Part shown: one piece after another, positions 13,601 to 25,500 of the stretch
Position numbering within the stretch: position 1 is the first letter of the stretch
How the letters are laid out: each line of letters begins with the position of its first letter
Source of the DNA: Psammoneis japonica
Lineage: Eukaryota
Direction: 5' to 3'
Assembly (NCBI GenBank): GCA_008632985.1
Contig: QPGO01000001.1
Span: forward strand, 838,404 to 902,403
Length of the DNA: 64,000 nucleotides
Notes under the pieces: model-generated
Database searches by the model: none
The model's input: the letters and a program-made list of their open reading frames with translations, nothing else
Told to the model about the DNA's origin: nothing
Program-made: the position numbers and the translations under genes

Positions 13601-13825
13601 CAGTCAACGACACATTTTGCAACACTCAGGGCACTTGTCAAGACTGGGCCAGCGCACACACATGATGTGGACAAACAAGATGAATCTCATGCACAACTCA
13701 CCTCACAGAAAGACGCGACAATGATGGTGCAAACAACGCAACAGCGCCATGGTGTCTGCAAGAAAAATGTGTGGAGGCTGGTGCAAAAAAGTGGTCTGCA
13801 AGTCCTTCTCCACTTTTCGATTTTT
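10700..13825 (-). mobile_element. Heavily mutated retroelement remnant, probably the 5' part of a LINE related to the 22560-28810 element
   Basis: Depleted of both TpA and CpG. 13704-13825 aligns with 28683-28809. Boundaries approximate. Confidence 0.5.
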
Positions 13826-14479
13826 GTTGACTGGCCAGATCAGCTCAGCAGGTGGGGTTTTCGATCGTAGGGAATTCCTTATTCGACCCTGAATTTCCTT
13901 AGACAAGGAAAGACAAGGAAACCAGATAAGGAAAAATTAATTGTCGTGATTTGCTGCGTAGTTGCAACTAACATGATCCTTTCATCTACTGTCAGCGGTC
14001 GACGACTTGTCTCTAGCTAGAGTGGAGCCTGTAGCTGCTAATACACTTCAACACACTACATTCAACGAGTGAGGCAGACGCCGTTGGGCACCACAATCTT
14101 GGGTCCAAAGAGGCAACATGCTCCCATGTTCTCTTCCAGCATGTTCTTTCCAATCGAGTCCACAACAAGCTCAAGCTGGGAGAAGAGACTTTCAACAGAT
14201 GCACTTGTCAATAAGGAGCTCCTTGTGCTTTCTCTACCCGCATTGTCCATCGTCGACAACGGCTCATCACGCACGACGAGTTCTGTTCCGTGTGCTTTTT
14301 CGCTCATGGCAGCGAGCAGAAAACACGCGCAGCGCCACAGCTGACGTCACAATCTACGTGGGATTCTACGTGAATCTTAGCACAAAGATTTTTCCTTGTC
14401 TTCTTCCTCATCTTGGGCTGACCACTTCCTTACGATCGAAAACCCTGTCAGCAGGGCCCCGCCTCTCTCCACTCTCCAG

Positions 14480-17400
14480 CAGCTAGAGCAGAGAGAGCAG
14501 AGAGGGCCCCACTGAATCTGGCCACATGGGAGGTCTTTCTCTTCCTCTTCCCGTGCCAATTGCAGACCTCCCAAGCTGGGAGTGAGCGAGTGTGACCCAG
14601 CTCGCATTCCACCCTTGCTCCGCACATCTGTCCCCACCCCGTGCCATCCACCCCCACCCCTGGTGACGTTGCACGTGAACTCCTGCGCGATGCTGCTCTC
14701 CACTGCTCTCTGCTGGTGGGGCCCCAGCGGTCATCCAAACAGATGCAATGATGCCACGGTGTGCATTGTCTCTCAACAACAAAAGAATTGAGTTGCAACA
14801 ATTCAAAAACCACAAGTGACAAAGTGCTGAACCAAGACATTTTTTGCTGAACCAGCATCCAAAGGGCAATTGATTTTTGCTGAACCAGCGCTGAACCAAA
14901 GCTCAATTTGTCCTGCCTCAATGAATGCAACGTCACACATGGCTGTCCTGTCCATCTCAACAAATGCAGTGTCACGCACGTGGCAAAGCTCCAAAGCCGT
15001 CCCAGATCCTTTCTTTTTCATGGTGTGCGTGGCGCTTCTTCTTTCCTGTGACATTTTCCTTCTCATGGCATGGAGCACTCTTCAATGGTTGGGGATGACT
15101 TCATTGCGACCTTGTTTGTCATGTCTGGCGAGTTTTTGCCCGAGGCTCTCAATGTCCGAGTGAAAGGAAAAGCCAAAAGGCACACGAAGAAAGGTGTGTT
15201 TACAATGTCATCATCTGCTGTGTCATCTTAGAGCATCTTTGCCAGTGAGTCGTAAACATGAACACAAACATGGGAACACAACCCCCAAAAGGACAAGCAA
15301 ACAGACTGCCCAGCACAAGTTTGCGATTCTGCACGTGACCATCATTTTCAGTCGATCACAATCGCACTCACATTCAGCCGATGGTTGGGCAGACGTTGAG
15401 GCAACAACCAACTCCACACACGTGTGTCAACTGCCAACTGATGGTGGGACGGACTTGTTGAATTTTGCATGACGCCATGGCGGCTTTGAACGCAATGCAC
15501 GACACAAATCACAGTCCATTCAAAGACATGCCGACGTCTGTCAACAGAGAATAATTCACATCATGTGTCCATGTGTTGCTGTGTTGTGAAAGTCATTCTA
15601 CATTGCGAAAACAAGCGAAATGTTGTCACACAATTTATGCCGCACTCTCTTCTGACCCCACAAACCCCCCACATGTCGGTTCTCCTCCCATGTCTCGATG
15701 CGGCCGCATGCAAGTTCACAAGATACGACAAAGTGTCAATTGTTGGGCCTCTGTAAGGTCCTCTCATCAAGAAAGCGTCGATTGTCGTTTCGTCATGGTG
15801 ACGCGCACTTTCTGCAGGATTTCTGCACCCTTTTTGTGCCAGAAATTTATGATTTTCGTTTGCGATTTTGGAGGTGGATCACAGAGTCCATCACACAGCA
15901 AGACCCACCTGAGATCTCCATCCATGCAGACGCTGCAATGTTCGCGCATTTCGGAATTGCGCGCCTGAACATGAAAGAACACATCGAACTTGTCATGAAA
16001 AAATCTTCACTTTTTTTTCAAATCCAAACAGTTGATGAGTTTCAGCATGTGAACCAAAATGTCCGACAAGCCGAGGCTGATGCAGAGGTCGTGATTTAAG
16101 ACCCACGCAGAAATGTGCGTGATTTGAGTGCTGGAAATTAGACCGCGCCACGCAAGGGCCAAGATTTTTCTGGGGGGTAAAAAGGGCGGCAATCGACTGC
16201 TCTCGTCACGCTCTTTCGAACGCGATGCCTCTCGAATTTTTTCGACCAAAAGAAAATTCTACGTGCTTTTTGTGCTGCGACCCACGACGGGTCTCAATTT
16301 GTGCCGGGTCTTGTTCTGTGATGGACTCTGTCCAAGGCCTGATTTGCGATTCACTTTCATGAATCGTAAATTCAAAAAGGGTTGTTGGTGCAAAAAATGT
16401 GTTTACGATCCACCAAAATGATGATTTTTTGTGAATCTCATTCGCATTGGAAGACGTGCGGACACAGGTTTGTGTTTGCGACTCACTGGCGAAGATGCTC
16501 TTGCATCACATCATGTCATGTTGTGTTTTTTTTTTTTGAACAAGAAAGTGGATGTCACAGTTGGCATGCAGTCATGCGAGCAAGGGGTGGTTGTCGCGCG
16601 CAGATGTTGTGTCACATCACATTGCATGACATGATGTCATGCGACATGACACACTTGACATCACTTGGAGACAAGATGTTGAAGATGACATCACCAGGAC
16701 ATTGTTTTTTGCATGTGACGTCATCTTCACTGTGACGTCATGTCATTCTTTAAGCAAAAATGTTCCCCTTTCCAAGTTGGCCGTGCTGAACCGCTGAACC
16801 AATGGTTTTTTACATGACATGTGCCATCTCTGGCTGTGGCAATCCTGGCGCTGATTCTGCGGGATGCCACACAACACATGACACCACATTTCGCGTGAAA
16901 AAAGCGTGCCGGTGATTGATTCGTGGCCCCCGACTGCGACGAACTCATTTCTCATGCATTTGGAAGCCTTCAAATGCCGCCACAAATCAATTTTCCCTTG
17001 TGTTGTCCATGCGCCCCCATGCCCTGTGGTGTTCAACGCTTTGCTGTAAACGGCAAAACAGTTGGGGAGCATTGGAAAAATTGTGGTGGCGTTTTGGATC
17101 GAGACACCATTGCATTGCGCACAACATTGACAGCAATTTTGTCCAAATCCAAAATGTGGTGTCTGTGCTGTGCGATTCCTCGGCTTGGAACTCAACAACA
17201 ACACATGGATTTTCTTTTGCACAACAAGTTTGGACAACATTTGTGCATTTGATTTGTTTGGTTCACATGCATTTGCAGTGAGCGCGATCAGTCTCGCGCT
17301 CATCCTCGTTGTTGGACGTGCAGCACAGGGACAGCTTTTTCGTGTCGTTTGCATGCGATGCCTCTGCTCTGCATGCATTTGCGCTTCAGTCCAGTTCAGG

Positions 17401-17660
17401 TGCTGCGACACACAAGCAAGGAACTGTTTGGCTCTGCCAGATGGCAGCTTGTTGCATTTTGTCCAGAGCTCTGCTGTGGCCATTGGCATGGTCGGGGTGC
17501 TTTTTAAAGTCGCTGCCATTCGCCCTGCTTCGCACCGGCAGGTTGCGCACCGCACCGGTGCATGCAGACGTGCGTGCGCGCGTCCGGCCCACTTGCTTTT
17601 CTGCCCAAATTCCGCTTGACGTACAGTCTGTCTGTCGAACTTGAAATGAAGAAAGGTCTA
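14480..17660. mobile_element. Unclassified TpA-depleted repeat block with an internal inverted repeat
   Basis: TpA is scarce. acagagtccatcacacagcaagaccc (15881-15906) is inverted at 16306-16331. No recognisable protein. Confidence 0.4.
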
Positions 17661-17726
17661 TAACCACTAGAGTAGCTACGGCAGCTAGTGGCTGACGCTG
17701 GTGCTCTAAGCTCCTACATGCATCTA

Positions 17727-18246
17727 AGGACTGAGGCGAGCGCGCGGCTACACGAAGTTGTCAGTCCCGCCCACTCGTGACTCAGTACATTTCTACGGTG
17801 AAAATTGCGTGGGAATCCGAAGATGACAAAAACGGTCAGATAACTTCCGCTAACTACAATATTAACTGCACCTAGTGTACATTCCATGTTCTTTTATCCA
17901 TGAATTAACACCTTTAAGCGTTAGATGCAGTTACTTTGATGAATTTCGCCAAAATAACGCTAAGCACTGTATTGCGTACAAATCCACGGCACTCCGTACG
18001 ATTCGTGTTTTGTTTCGGATAACTTCCAATTCGTCAAAGTAACTGCATGTAATGCCTATAATAGTTAATTCAACTATCAACGAACAAAGAATTTACATTA
18101 GGTGCAGTTCATATTGTAGTTAGCGGAAGTTATCTGACCGTTTTTGTCATCGTCGGATTCCTACGCAATTTTCACCGTAGAAATGTACTGAGTCACGAAT
18201 GGGCGGGACTGACAACTTCCTGTAGCCGCGCGCTCGCCTCAGTCCT
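17727..18246. mobile_element. MITE/foldback element with ~220-bp TIRs and TA target duplication
   Basis: aggactgaggcgagcgcgcggctac... at 17727 is the reverse complement of ...gtagccgcgcgctcgcctcagtcct ending at 18246. Arms at about 17727-17945 and 18028-18246; TA on both sides. Confidence 0.9.
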
Positions 18247-18273
18247 TACTGGTCCAAGCTAACAGAAAGCACC

Positions 18274-20181
18274 ATGCCGCTCCCACCCACCGGCAATCAC
18301 AATCAAGAACCACCCTGGGCCCATGCTCCGTCTTCACATCATTGGAAATTGATTGAGATCAAGGGCGGAGTGGAAGTCGGCTCTCATGCTCTGGACAAAG
18401 CATGCGTCGTTCTGGGAAGATGTGCAGAGGAGGTGGATATCGAGTTGCGTCACGAAAGCTGTTCTCGCCGCCACGCTCGCATCGCTTTTGATTCTCGTGG
18501 ATTCCCGTGGCTCCGAGACTTGCAGAGCACTCATGGAACGTTTGTCAACAAGAAAGCCTTGCCGAAAGAAGCGATTGGAAAAATCGAAAGCAACTCCACA
18601 AAGAAGGGAGCACGCGGTGTTGTGCTGTACGTGGGCGATGTTGTTGCGTTTGGAGCCAGCACGCGAATCTACTCGCTCGAGGGTCCACCGGAGTTTGAAC
18701 GTGGTAGCGCCCAGGCAGCTCTGGCAATGGCTAGTGCATTTAGTTCTACTACCGCTGTCGACAAGAGAGCCAGGCAACAATCTGAATCGAAGGATGAGCC
18801 CGATCAAGATGACTCGGGGGTGAGTTGGGGCATGGATGTGGACGATCCTTCAGAGCAACAGATCCAAGATACCACCAGCAGCATTGATTCCATCTTGGAG
18901 ACGTATCGTTCTGATCCGTCCAAAATCCCAAAAAGCATGTATCGCTTGTTTGAAAAGCTCTCTCAGCGAAAAGCAAAACTGGAGAATTTGCATCGCGAGA
19001 GTGAAAGAATACGGCAGAAGGGAACAACGCACGAACTTTCGCAGGGTCAAACGAATCAGCTGGAACGCAATGATTCTCTTCAGCGAAGAATCATGGAGGA
19101 AATTGGAAACATCGAAGAAGAAATACTGGAAATGACAAGCACTCGCAAGAGCACCGGTACAACACGAAGAGGGACGAAGCGCCAAGCGGAAGACGACGAT
19201 GTGGATGATTTTTACGACAAGACTATTCAGCGGGATACCAAGGATGTCAACCAAGAGGTCGAATCTGAGTCAACCCTTATAGAAAAGTGGAAGAAGCAGT
19301 ACAGCTTGATGGAAAATCTCATGGTACAACTTTCAAAACATCAGCATCAAGTCGAAAGTGTAAGGAGACGGCTCGACAACGCCACTGACGAGGACGCATT
19401 CTTTGTCCAGAATGAATTATCACTCTCCCAGGAACAACTTGATAAGACTACTTTGGAGCAGAAACGTCTTGAAAAGGCAATGAGTCAAACAGAACGTTGG
19501 TTGCAAGTAGCTAATTCGGAGCTGGTTTGTGATCGCATGAGTGGCAAGGTTGGGGTGAAGTCGTCCATGCCAGTGCCGCCAAGCTCTCGAGGAGAGACGT
19601 TCTCAATGCCACCACCATCCAGTGGCTTACGGGACAACCCATCTCAAGCACAAGTCTCGTCCATGCCACCGCCACCTGGCACCTTGAGCAACAACACTTC
19701 TTCCATGTTACCGCCTCCGAATGTACCCAATTCAGCCGCAACGCAACCTGGCACATTGAGCAACAACGCCTCTTCCATGTTAACGCCTCCGAATGAACCC
19801 AATTCAGCTGTGAGTCCTGCCCAAGACGAAGAAAAAGCTAGCAGCACGATGCAGCCTCCGTTGGCAATGTCAAGAGACGAAGGAACGCGATCGACGACGC
19901 TTTTGACAAAGAAGAGAAGAACACAAGGCCCGTCACTACCACCTGACACTGCCTCGGAGTCTCGCGGCAAAGCTCCTCGAAACTTGCCCATGATGGGTAC
20001 ATTGGCGGTTCTTTCAGCGGCGGGCTCAAAACCACCGACGCGGCGGCATCAAAAAGATCAAGAAAGTGGCACAAGTAGCAGAGAACCGACAGATCCAAAG
20101 AAGGATGTTTGGCGAGTGCCACAAGGACAGGACGGAAGCGGGATGACGAAGCTCAACGAGAAGTTCAAAGGTCGCTACTAG
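18274..20181 (+). CDS. FHA-domain protein, kanadaptin (SLC4A1AP)-like
   Basis: FHA motifs LGR, HESCSRRHA, DLQSTHGTFVN; coiled coil; DDFYDKT; C-terminal WRVPQGQDGSGMTKLNEKFKGRY resembling the kanadaptin C-terminus. Confidence 0.85.
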   Translation: MPLPPTGNHNQEPPWAHAPSSHHWKLIEIKGGVEVGSHALDKACVVLGRCAEEVDIELRHESCSRRHARIAFDSRGFPWLRDLQSTHGTFVNKKALPKEAIGKIESNSTKKGARGVVLYVGDVVAFGASTRIYSLEGPPEFERGSAQAALAMASAFSSTTAVDKRARQQSESKDEPDQDDSGVSWGMDVDDPSEQQIQDTTSSIDSILETYRSDPSKIPKSMYRLFEKLSQRKAKLENLHRESERIRQKGTTHELSQGQTNQLERNDSLQRRIMEEIGNIEEEILEMTSTRKSTGTTRRGTKRQAEDDDVDDFYDKTIQRDTKDVNQEVESESTLIEKWKKQYSLMENLMVQLSKHQHQVESVRRRLDNATDEDAFFVQNELSLSQEQLDKTTLEQKRLEKAMSQTERWLQVANSELVCDRMSGKVGVKSSMPVPPSSRGETFSMPPPSSGLRDNPSQAQVSSMPPPPGTLSNNTSSMLPPPNVPNSAATQPGTLSNNASSMLTPPNEPNSAVSPAQDEEKASSTMQPPLAMSRDEGTRSTTLLTKKRRTQGPSLPPDTASESRGKAPRNLPMMGTLAVLSAAGSKPPTRRHQKDQESGTSSREPTDPKKDVWRVPQGQDGSGMTKLNEKFKGRY

Positions 20182-21356
20182 ACAGCCGTCACTTTCAGCA
20201 TAAAAGAATCAGATTAATCTCTTACTTCGTATTTACAAAACGCAACATGAGAGCCAAGGATAACAGAAGATCCGCTCTCCTTGGGTACAAATTTGGGAGT
20301 ACAGTCTTTTTGGTCCGGTTGGACAGAACGGCTGGAGCAGCTGCGTCTGTTGCGGCCGTAGTTACAATACACTGCTACCAGATGGACCCATGTAGCAATG
20401 AGACGAAGACACAACTCCGAGTGCTAACTTCCCTTAGCCATGGAACCGATGCCGAGTGCCATTGATCTTTGGACTCGTAAAGGATGGAAGGGTTTTTGAA
20501 CTCACAGTACATTGGCCACGCTGTTGCGAACCAACAGAGATTTTTCACCACAACGACGCAAAGATCCTTACTTGGAACACTTCAAGCATGATGGACCCCT
20601 TTGAGGTATATCCACCTGAGAATTGTGATGGTAGTTGCTAGTTATAACGAAATCAGTTACTTGAAGAGGGCAAATGCGCAAGAACAACTGGTTCAGTCGC
20701 CCGTCGTTTCGAGCTCTACGCAATGTTAGTGGTCGCACTCTTTCTGTAAAATATGGGCAAGGATAGAGCACCATAATGGATTACCACGAAGCATTTGGAG
20801 ATAAGCAGATGCCATTTGTCGTTTCGTGTCACGGAGAGAGGTGTCAGGTCTTCATTGTGTAGTTTCATTTTGTCATTTTGGCAGGACGAGCTTTTATGCG
20901 AACTCTAAAAAGATACAAAATAACGAGTAGGTATTCCGAGTTGTCGACAGTCACAAAAAGAAGGCAAGAAAATCTTGATACTGCATTGCTGCGTAATGCC
21001 GGGTGCAAGAAGTATCGCTTTTAAGCTGTCCACAGGCAAGCATGTCTCCTCCCAACCGCTGGAATGCTGTCTGGTGTAGTCGCCCGCTGGTGGAACGGGC
21101 GATCGCTGTTGGTGCCCATGGAAGTTATGTTTGATGCTGATATTCCCGCAGCATGTACATGTCAACTACTTTCCGACAAGCAGCATAGAATCTATGTTTA
21201 CATATAAACAATCTAATAAGCCAATGCAAGTATCACTACATAGACTGTCTCCACCTATCGTCGAATAGACACTTGTCATTGATCGTTTCTACCGTCATTT
21301 TCGGACCCCATACAGCGAAAGCCATGGCGGCAGTATTTAGATCGATACAGAAAACT

Positions 21357-21573
21357 GCGGGTCGTGATATACAATCCCCTTGCATCATTCTTCACGCCGC
21401 AGACATATAATCACAAACAAATGCTGATCCACTGAAACTCTCACCATTCAGAAGGGTCATATAAAATTGCGGGTCGTGATATACAATCCCCTTGCATCAT
21501 TCTTCACGCCGCAGACATATAATCACAAACAAATGCTGATCCACTAAAACTCTCACCAATCAGAAGGGTCATA
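21357..21573. repeat. ~110-bp tandem duplication overlapping the stop codon/3' UTR of the adjacent gene
   Basis: tgcgggtcgtgatatacaatcccc...cagaagggtcata occurs twice, near identical. Confidence 0.9.
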
Positions 21574-22470
21574 GTCGTCTTCGAACACTGGCATCCACTC
21601 GAGTGGGAAAATTTCAGGGAGACGAGGAATCATGGAACGTGCCTTGTGCATAAAGTCAATTTTGTCCGCCAACTGTTCTCCAAGCAACTGATCGGCCACC
21701 AAATCACGCTCGTTGATCATTCCCCTGATGATGTCCTCCAGATGATTGAATTGTGATTTGTACCAACGTCCGTTTGTTACGGATCGATACGGAAAGTCTG
21801 CATCAAAGCTGCGCTCATTCGCTTCGTGAGGGGCGCCTTTGAGCTTTTTAAACACCATTTCGAGGAAAGAAACCCAATGGGATTCATCATACGATGGCCT
21901 ACATGCGCCACTATAGTATGAACCAAACAACAAGTAAATTCCTTGCGCCAAGTCGAACTTGGCCAAGTGGAGGTCGACGAGGCCCGTGAAGAGCCAAAAG
22001 GCCTTTGGATTGTAATTGCGAAGATGACTCATGCCACAGAAATCTTGTTCAGTCCAGTGCCAGCGGCCGCGGAATGCGACGAGGAGCGATTCCTTAATAA
22101 AGAGGTCTTCTCCATAAAATGACAGGAGGTTAGAAACACACCCTGCATGAAATTGATACAATCGCCTCGCCTTTTCAAAGTTGGAAAGCGAATTGAACGA
22201 ATCTTGACAGCGCGGATCCTTCTTCTTGAGAGCTTTTTCAACCCTGTCAGGCTCACACCACTTTCCATCACATTCGCTATAAAGCTCCTCGCACCATGTG
22301 CAAATGTTGCAGGCATTGAGCTTGCCAATGTGCTCGACAAGTTGTGCAAAGCATGGTGCGTCGTTCAACACCGTCGAAATGGCCTCGTTCCAATCTTTGG
22401 AAACGACGCGGTACTCATCATTCAACTCATACCATGAAAAGAATCCACTGCCAATAACAAGCTCAAACAC
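21553..22470 (-). CDS. Hypothetical protein, weak F-box-like N-terminus
   Basis: 305-aa ORF with normal TpA and Tyr content; YRVVSKDWNEAI resembles the F-box end. Start uncertain. Confidence 0.55.
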   Translation of the reverse strand: MFELVIGSGFFSWYELNDEYRVVSKDWNEAISTVLNDAPCFAQLVEHIGKLNACNICTWCEELYSECDGKWCEPDRVEKALKKKDPRCQDSFNSLSNFEKARRLYQFHAGCVSNLLSFYGEDLFIKESLLVAFRGRWHWTEQDFCGMSHLRNYNPKAFWLFTGLVDLHLAKFDLAQGIYLLFGSYYSGACRPSYDESHWVSFLEMVFKKLKGAPHEANERSFDADFPYRSVTNGRWYKSQFNHLEDIIRGMINERDLVADQLLGEQLADKIDFMHKARSMIPRLPEIFPLEWMPVFEDDYDPSDW

Positions 22471-22559
22471 AATGCTTGAGGAGTCTACGCAAAGGCGCTT
22501 GGCAGCCCGGTGGTTTCGACATGGTGATGTACCAAAGCACGTAGAAATCTACTAAAAGA

Positions 22560-25500
22560 TCAGAAACCTGTTCTCTTGCAGCTCTGCTCTTCCAGTTTTT
22601 TCTTGTTTGGGTTGATTGTGACATTCTCCCCTCTCCCTGTTTCCTTGTCTTGTCTTCTCTCTCTTCTGTGTGGCACCAAGGGGGGCGGAGGAATTGGTTC
22701 ATTTGAAAGCCGCTGGCTCTTCTTGACTGGCGCAAAGTTTCCGCGGGTTTGGAGGCAGGCGCTGAGTTTTCTGCCGGAGCAGTCGCCACTTGCAGGGCCA
22801 AGACACAGAGAAGCAACACAGGATGTGCAAGCAAAATGAGTGGCTGGGGTGATGAGCTCCTCAGATTGCTGGCTGTTGCACACTTGCAAGAACAACAATG
22901 CACTGGGAGGGCACTCTCTTTTTCTTCTTCAGCATCTGAAGAACGCACTGGGGCAAGTGCAAAATGAGAAGTGCTTCAAGCATGGATGAGTTTGTGCATT
23001 TGCAAAGTTGCCTCTTTTTCTGTTGGCAATCATTGGCATGTTCATTGCATGACAACTTTGCTGTGGAGCTCACATGCAAAATCCTGTGGGCCCAGCATCA
23101 CATGGACTCCTGCTGATTGCATCTGGAGCAGGTCAGTTGCACCATGTTTTGAGGGCAAAAGACGATTCAAGGGTCCTGCTTTTTTTGCCCAGCTTGCAGT
23201 CTGGTGGTGACACTTCATGCAGGGCTCAGCAAAAAGACTTCAATTTTTGCCCTGCCATGCATCAAAAGTTGCCGCACAGCGAAGGAGCTGTGCCAAGCAC
23301 TTTCTTGCCGCCCCATCAACAAGAGCTTGGTTGATGCTGCTGCATGCAGCAACAATGTTGCAGAAGCAACAATTTGGGGAGCACTTTTGGTGGCAACAGA
23401 GTGACTTGTGCCATTGTGCATGCATCATGACAGCATCATGAGTGCACTCTCCTGATTTGGTGCAGAGCTGTGCAAGTGTGGCATGTGTGTCAGCAAACTC
23501 TGCACATGATCATGAACAATGTCACTCAGATGGATCAATTTTTTGCTGCAGTTTGTCATTGTGGTGCAAAGCGCACACAGTTGTCATGCAGAGGCCAGCA
23601 GTGGAGATGGTGTTGCATGCAGGTGGTGGGTCATTCCACAGCTGTCATCTGTTTTTGCATGTCACACAATTTGTCCATTCTTGTCCATCACTCTCTTTTC
23701 TGTGGTGGTGCCCCGCTGCAATGAAGAGAAAAGAGCAGATGCACTGGGGCAGCTGACAGACCCAATGGCCACCATGCAGAGAGTGGTGTTCTTGCTTGCA
23801 GTGTTGCCGGGATGACACCAAGCTGCAACAAACCATTTTGCATGGAAGATGGCCAGATAAAATGGGGCATGCACAAAAGATTTTCCCACCCAACCCACTC
23901 ACAATTCAGTGTCTCTCCAACACCCATGCCCAAAACAATCTGAAGAGGTTGCACAAACTTGTCATGTGCTGTTGATGTGCAAAAGACAAGTTTTAAACTT
24001 GGTCTGTTCATGTTGAGTTTCTTCTCCTCCCTTGCTTTCTGCTCATTTTCCACGTCAAACCAGAGCCATGATTTCCCACCTCTGACACTGCCGCACTTTT
24101 TTTTTTGCATGGCAATGCACTCTGTCCCACAATGGTGAGTTCATGGATTGTGTGGTGGTGTCAACCTTGACATGTGGGAAGTGGAGTCAGGGTTTGAATG
24201 TCTTTCTCACACCCACAAGAAGGCTTCTGCATGGTGACCCTGCTTCCCAAATTCCACTTGAGTTGCTTTTTCTACATTTGAGTGACTCACTCTCATTTTT
24301 GTGTCATTTGCCACCTCTGACAGAGTGTGAGTGAGCCAAAAACTGCACCACCATGACTCCTTTTGCTGGGTTTGCAAAGGCAGCCTGCTGGCATGCCAGC
24401 AGACTGGATGTGTTGGAGCCAACAACACTTCTGGCATCATCGTTTGCACTGATTATTCACATCTCTCCATTGATCACACAAACAATTGCATCTTGACTGT
24501 GAAAGCGCATCTTGACTGTGATGGGTTTGCTGCCAAAAAGTCTTGAATTTGTGTCATTGTGGAGATGCATCATCTGCCATGCCATGTGAATCTTGATGAT
24601 GAAAATGACACACTCTCATGTTTTGCAATGGTGTCCAAGCAGATCCATGATCATGTTGCAGCACATGCTTGCAACCATNTTTCGCCAAATGCTCCTGACG
24701 TTTGTTGCAAATCGCAGTCAATTCGGCCTCTGCCCTTCGCCGCTGGGAAGACTTACGAGATTCCACGTCGTGCCCGTGGACGAGCTTGTTGTGTTCCTCC
24801 CACAGTTCCCACCAACTTCTCCATGTGCATGATCCAACCTGGACGGTCCAATCCGGTGGCTGCTTGTTCTCTTCTTGACATTGCCTCAAGATGCCTGAAT
24901 CACGAAGGTGGCCGGATTGCAGCAGGTTCCACACAAACGAATGTCGACCGTTAAAAATCTGTCTCCAGCCAATGTCAGTCTGGGCTTTCCACAACTCTTT
25001 GAGTCTGTAATCCACATCCGCAAGACAAGTGATTTCCTCGTTAAACCAAGCCTGCAACACATCCAGAAGAAAGTCACGCAGGACAGGCATGGTGTCCACC
25101 TTATCACAATGGCGGCGCAATCCTTGTAAAAACTTCCTCCTCCACTGCTCGTTGTTGGGGCATCGTAGAATATGATCCCTGTCTTCCATTGGATGATCAC
25201 ACGCAATGCACTGGTGGGGACGTACCGGGTTACATCTGTGGACGATTTTATTCGTGGGTGGCAAATCGTGAACCAATTTGACCATGTTCATGTGCTGCTT
25301 TGAATGGCGTTTCACTGGGATTGCGTGTGCATTCCAGTCAACTTGCTCGATCACCGCATTAGTCCATTGGTTACGTTCGACGATGCACTCTAGCAGTGGG
25401 GGAGCTGTGGCAGCGCATCTGATTTGTTTCTTGTAATTGGAAGTCACCGCACCGCCCTCCATCTCGAAATGAGAATGGCAATGAGGAAGATGCTTGACTT

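Noticed and set aside
10700..17600. Many 60-270 aa Cys/His-rich ORFs
   Set aside because: By-products of stop-codon loss; no recognisable domains.
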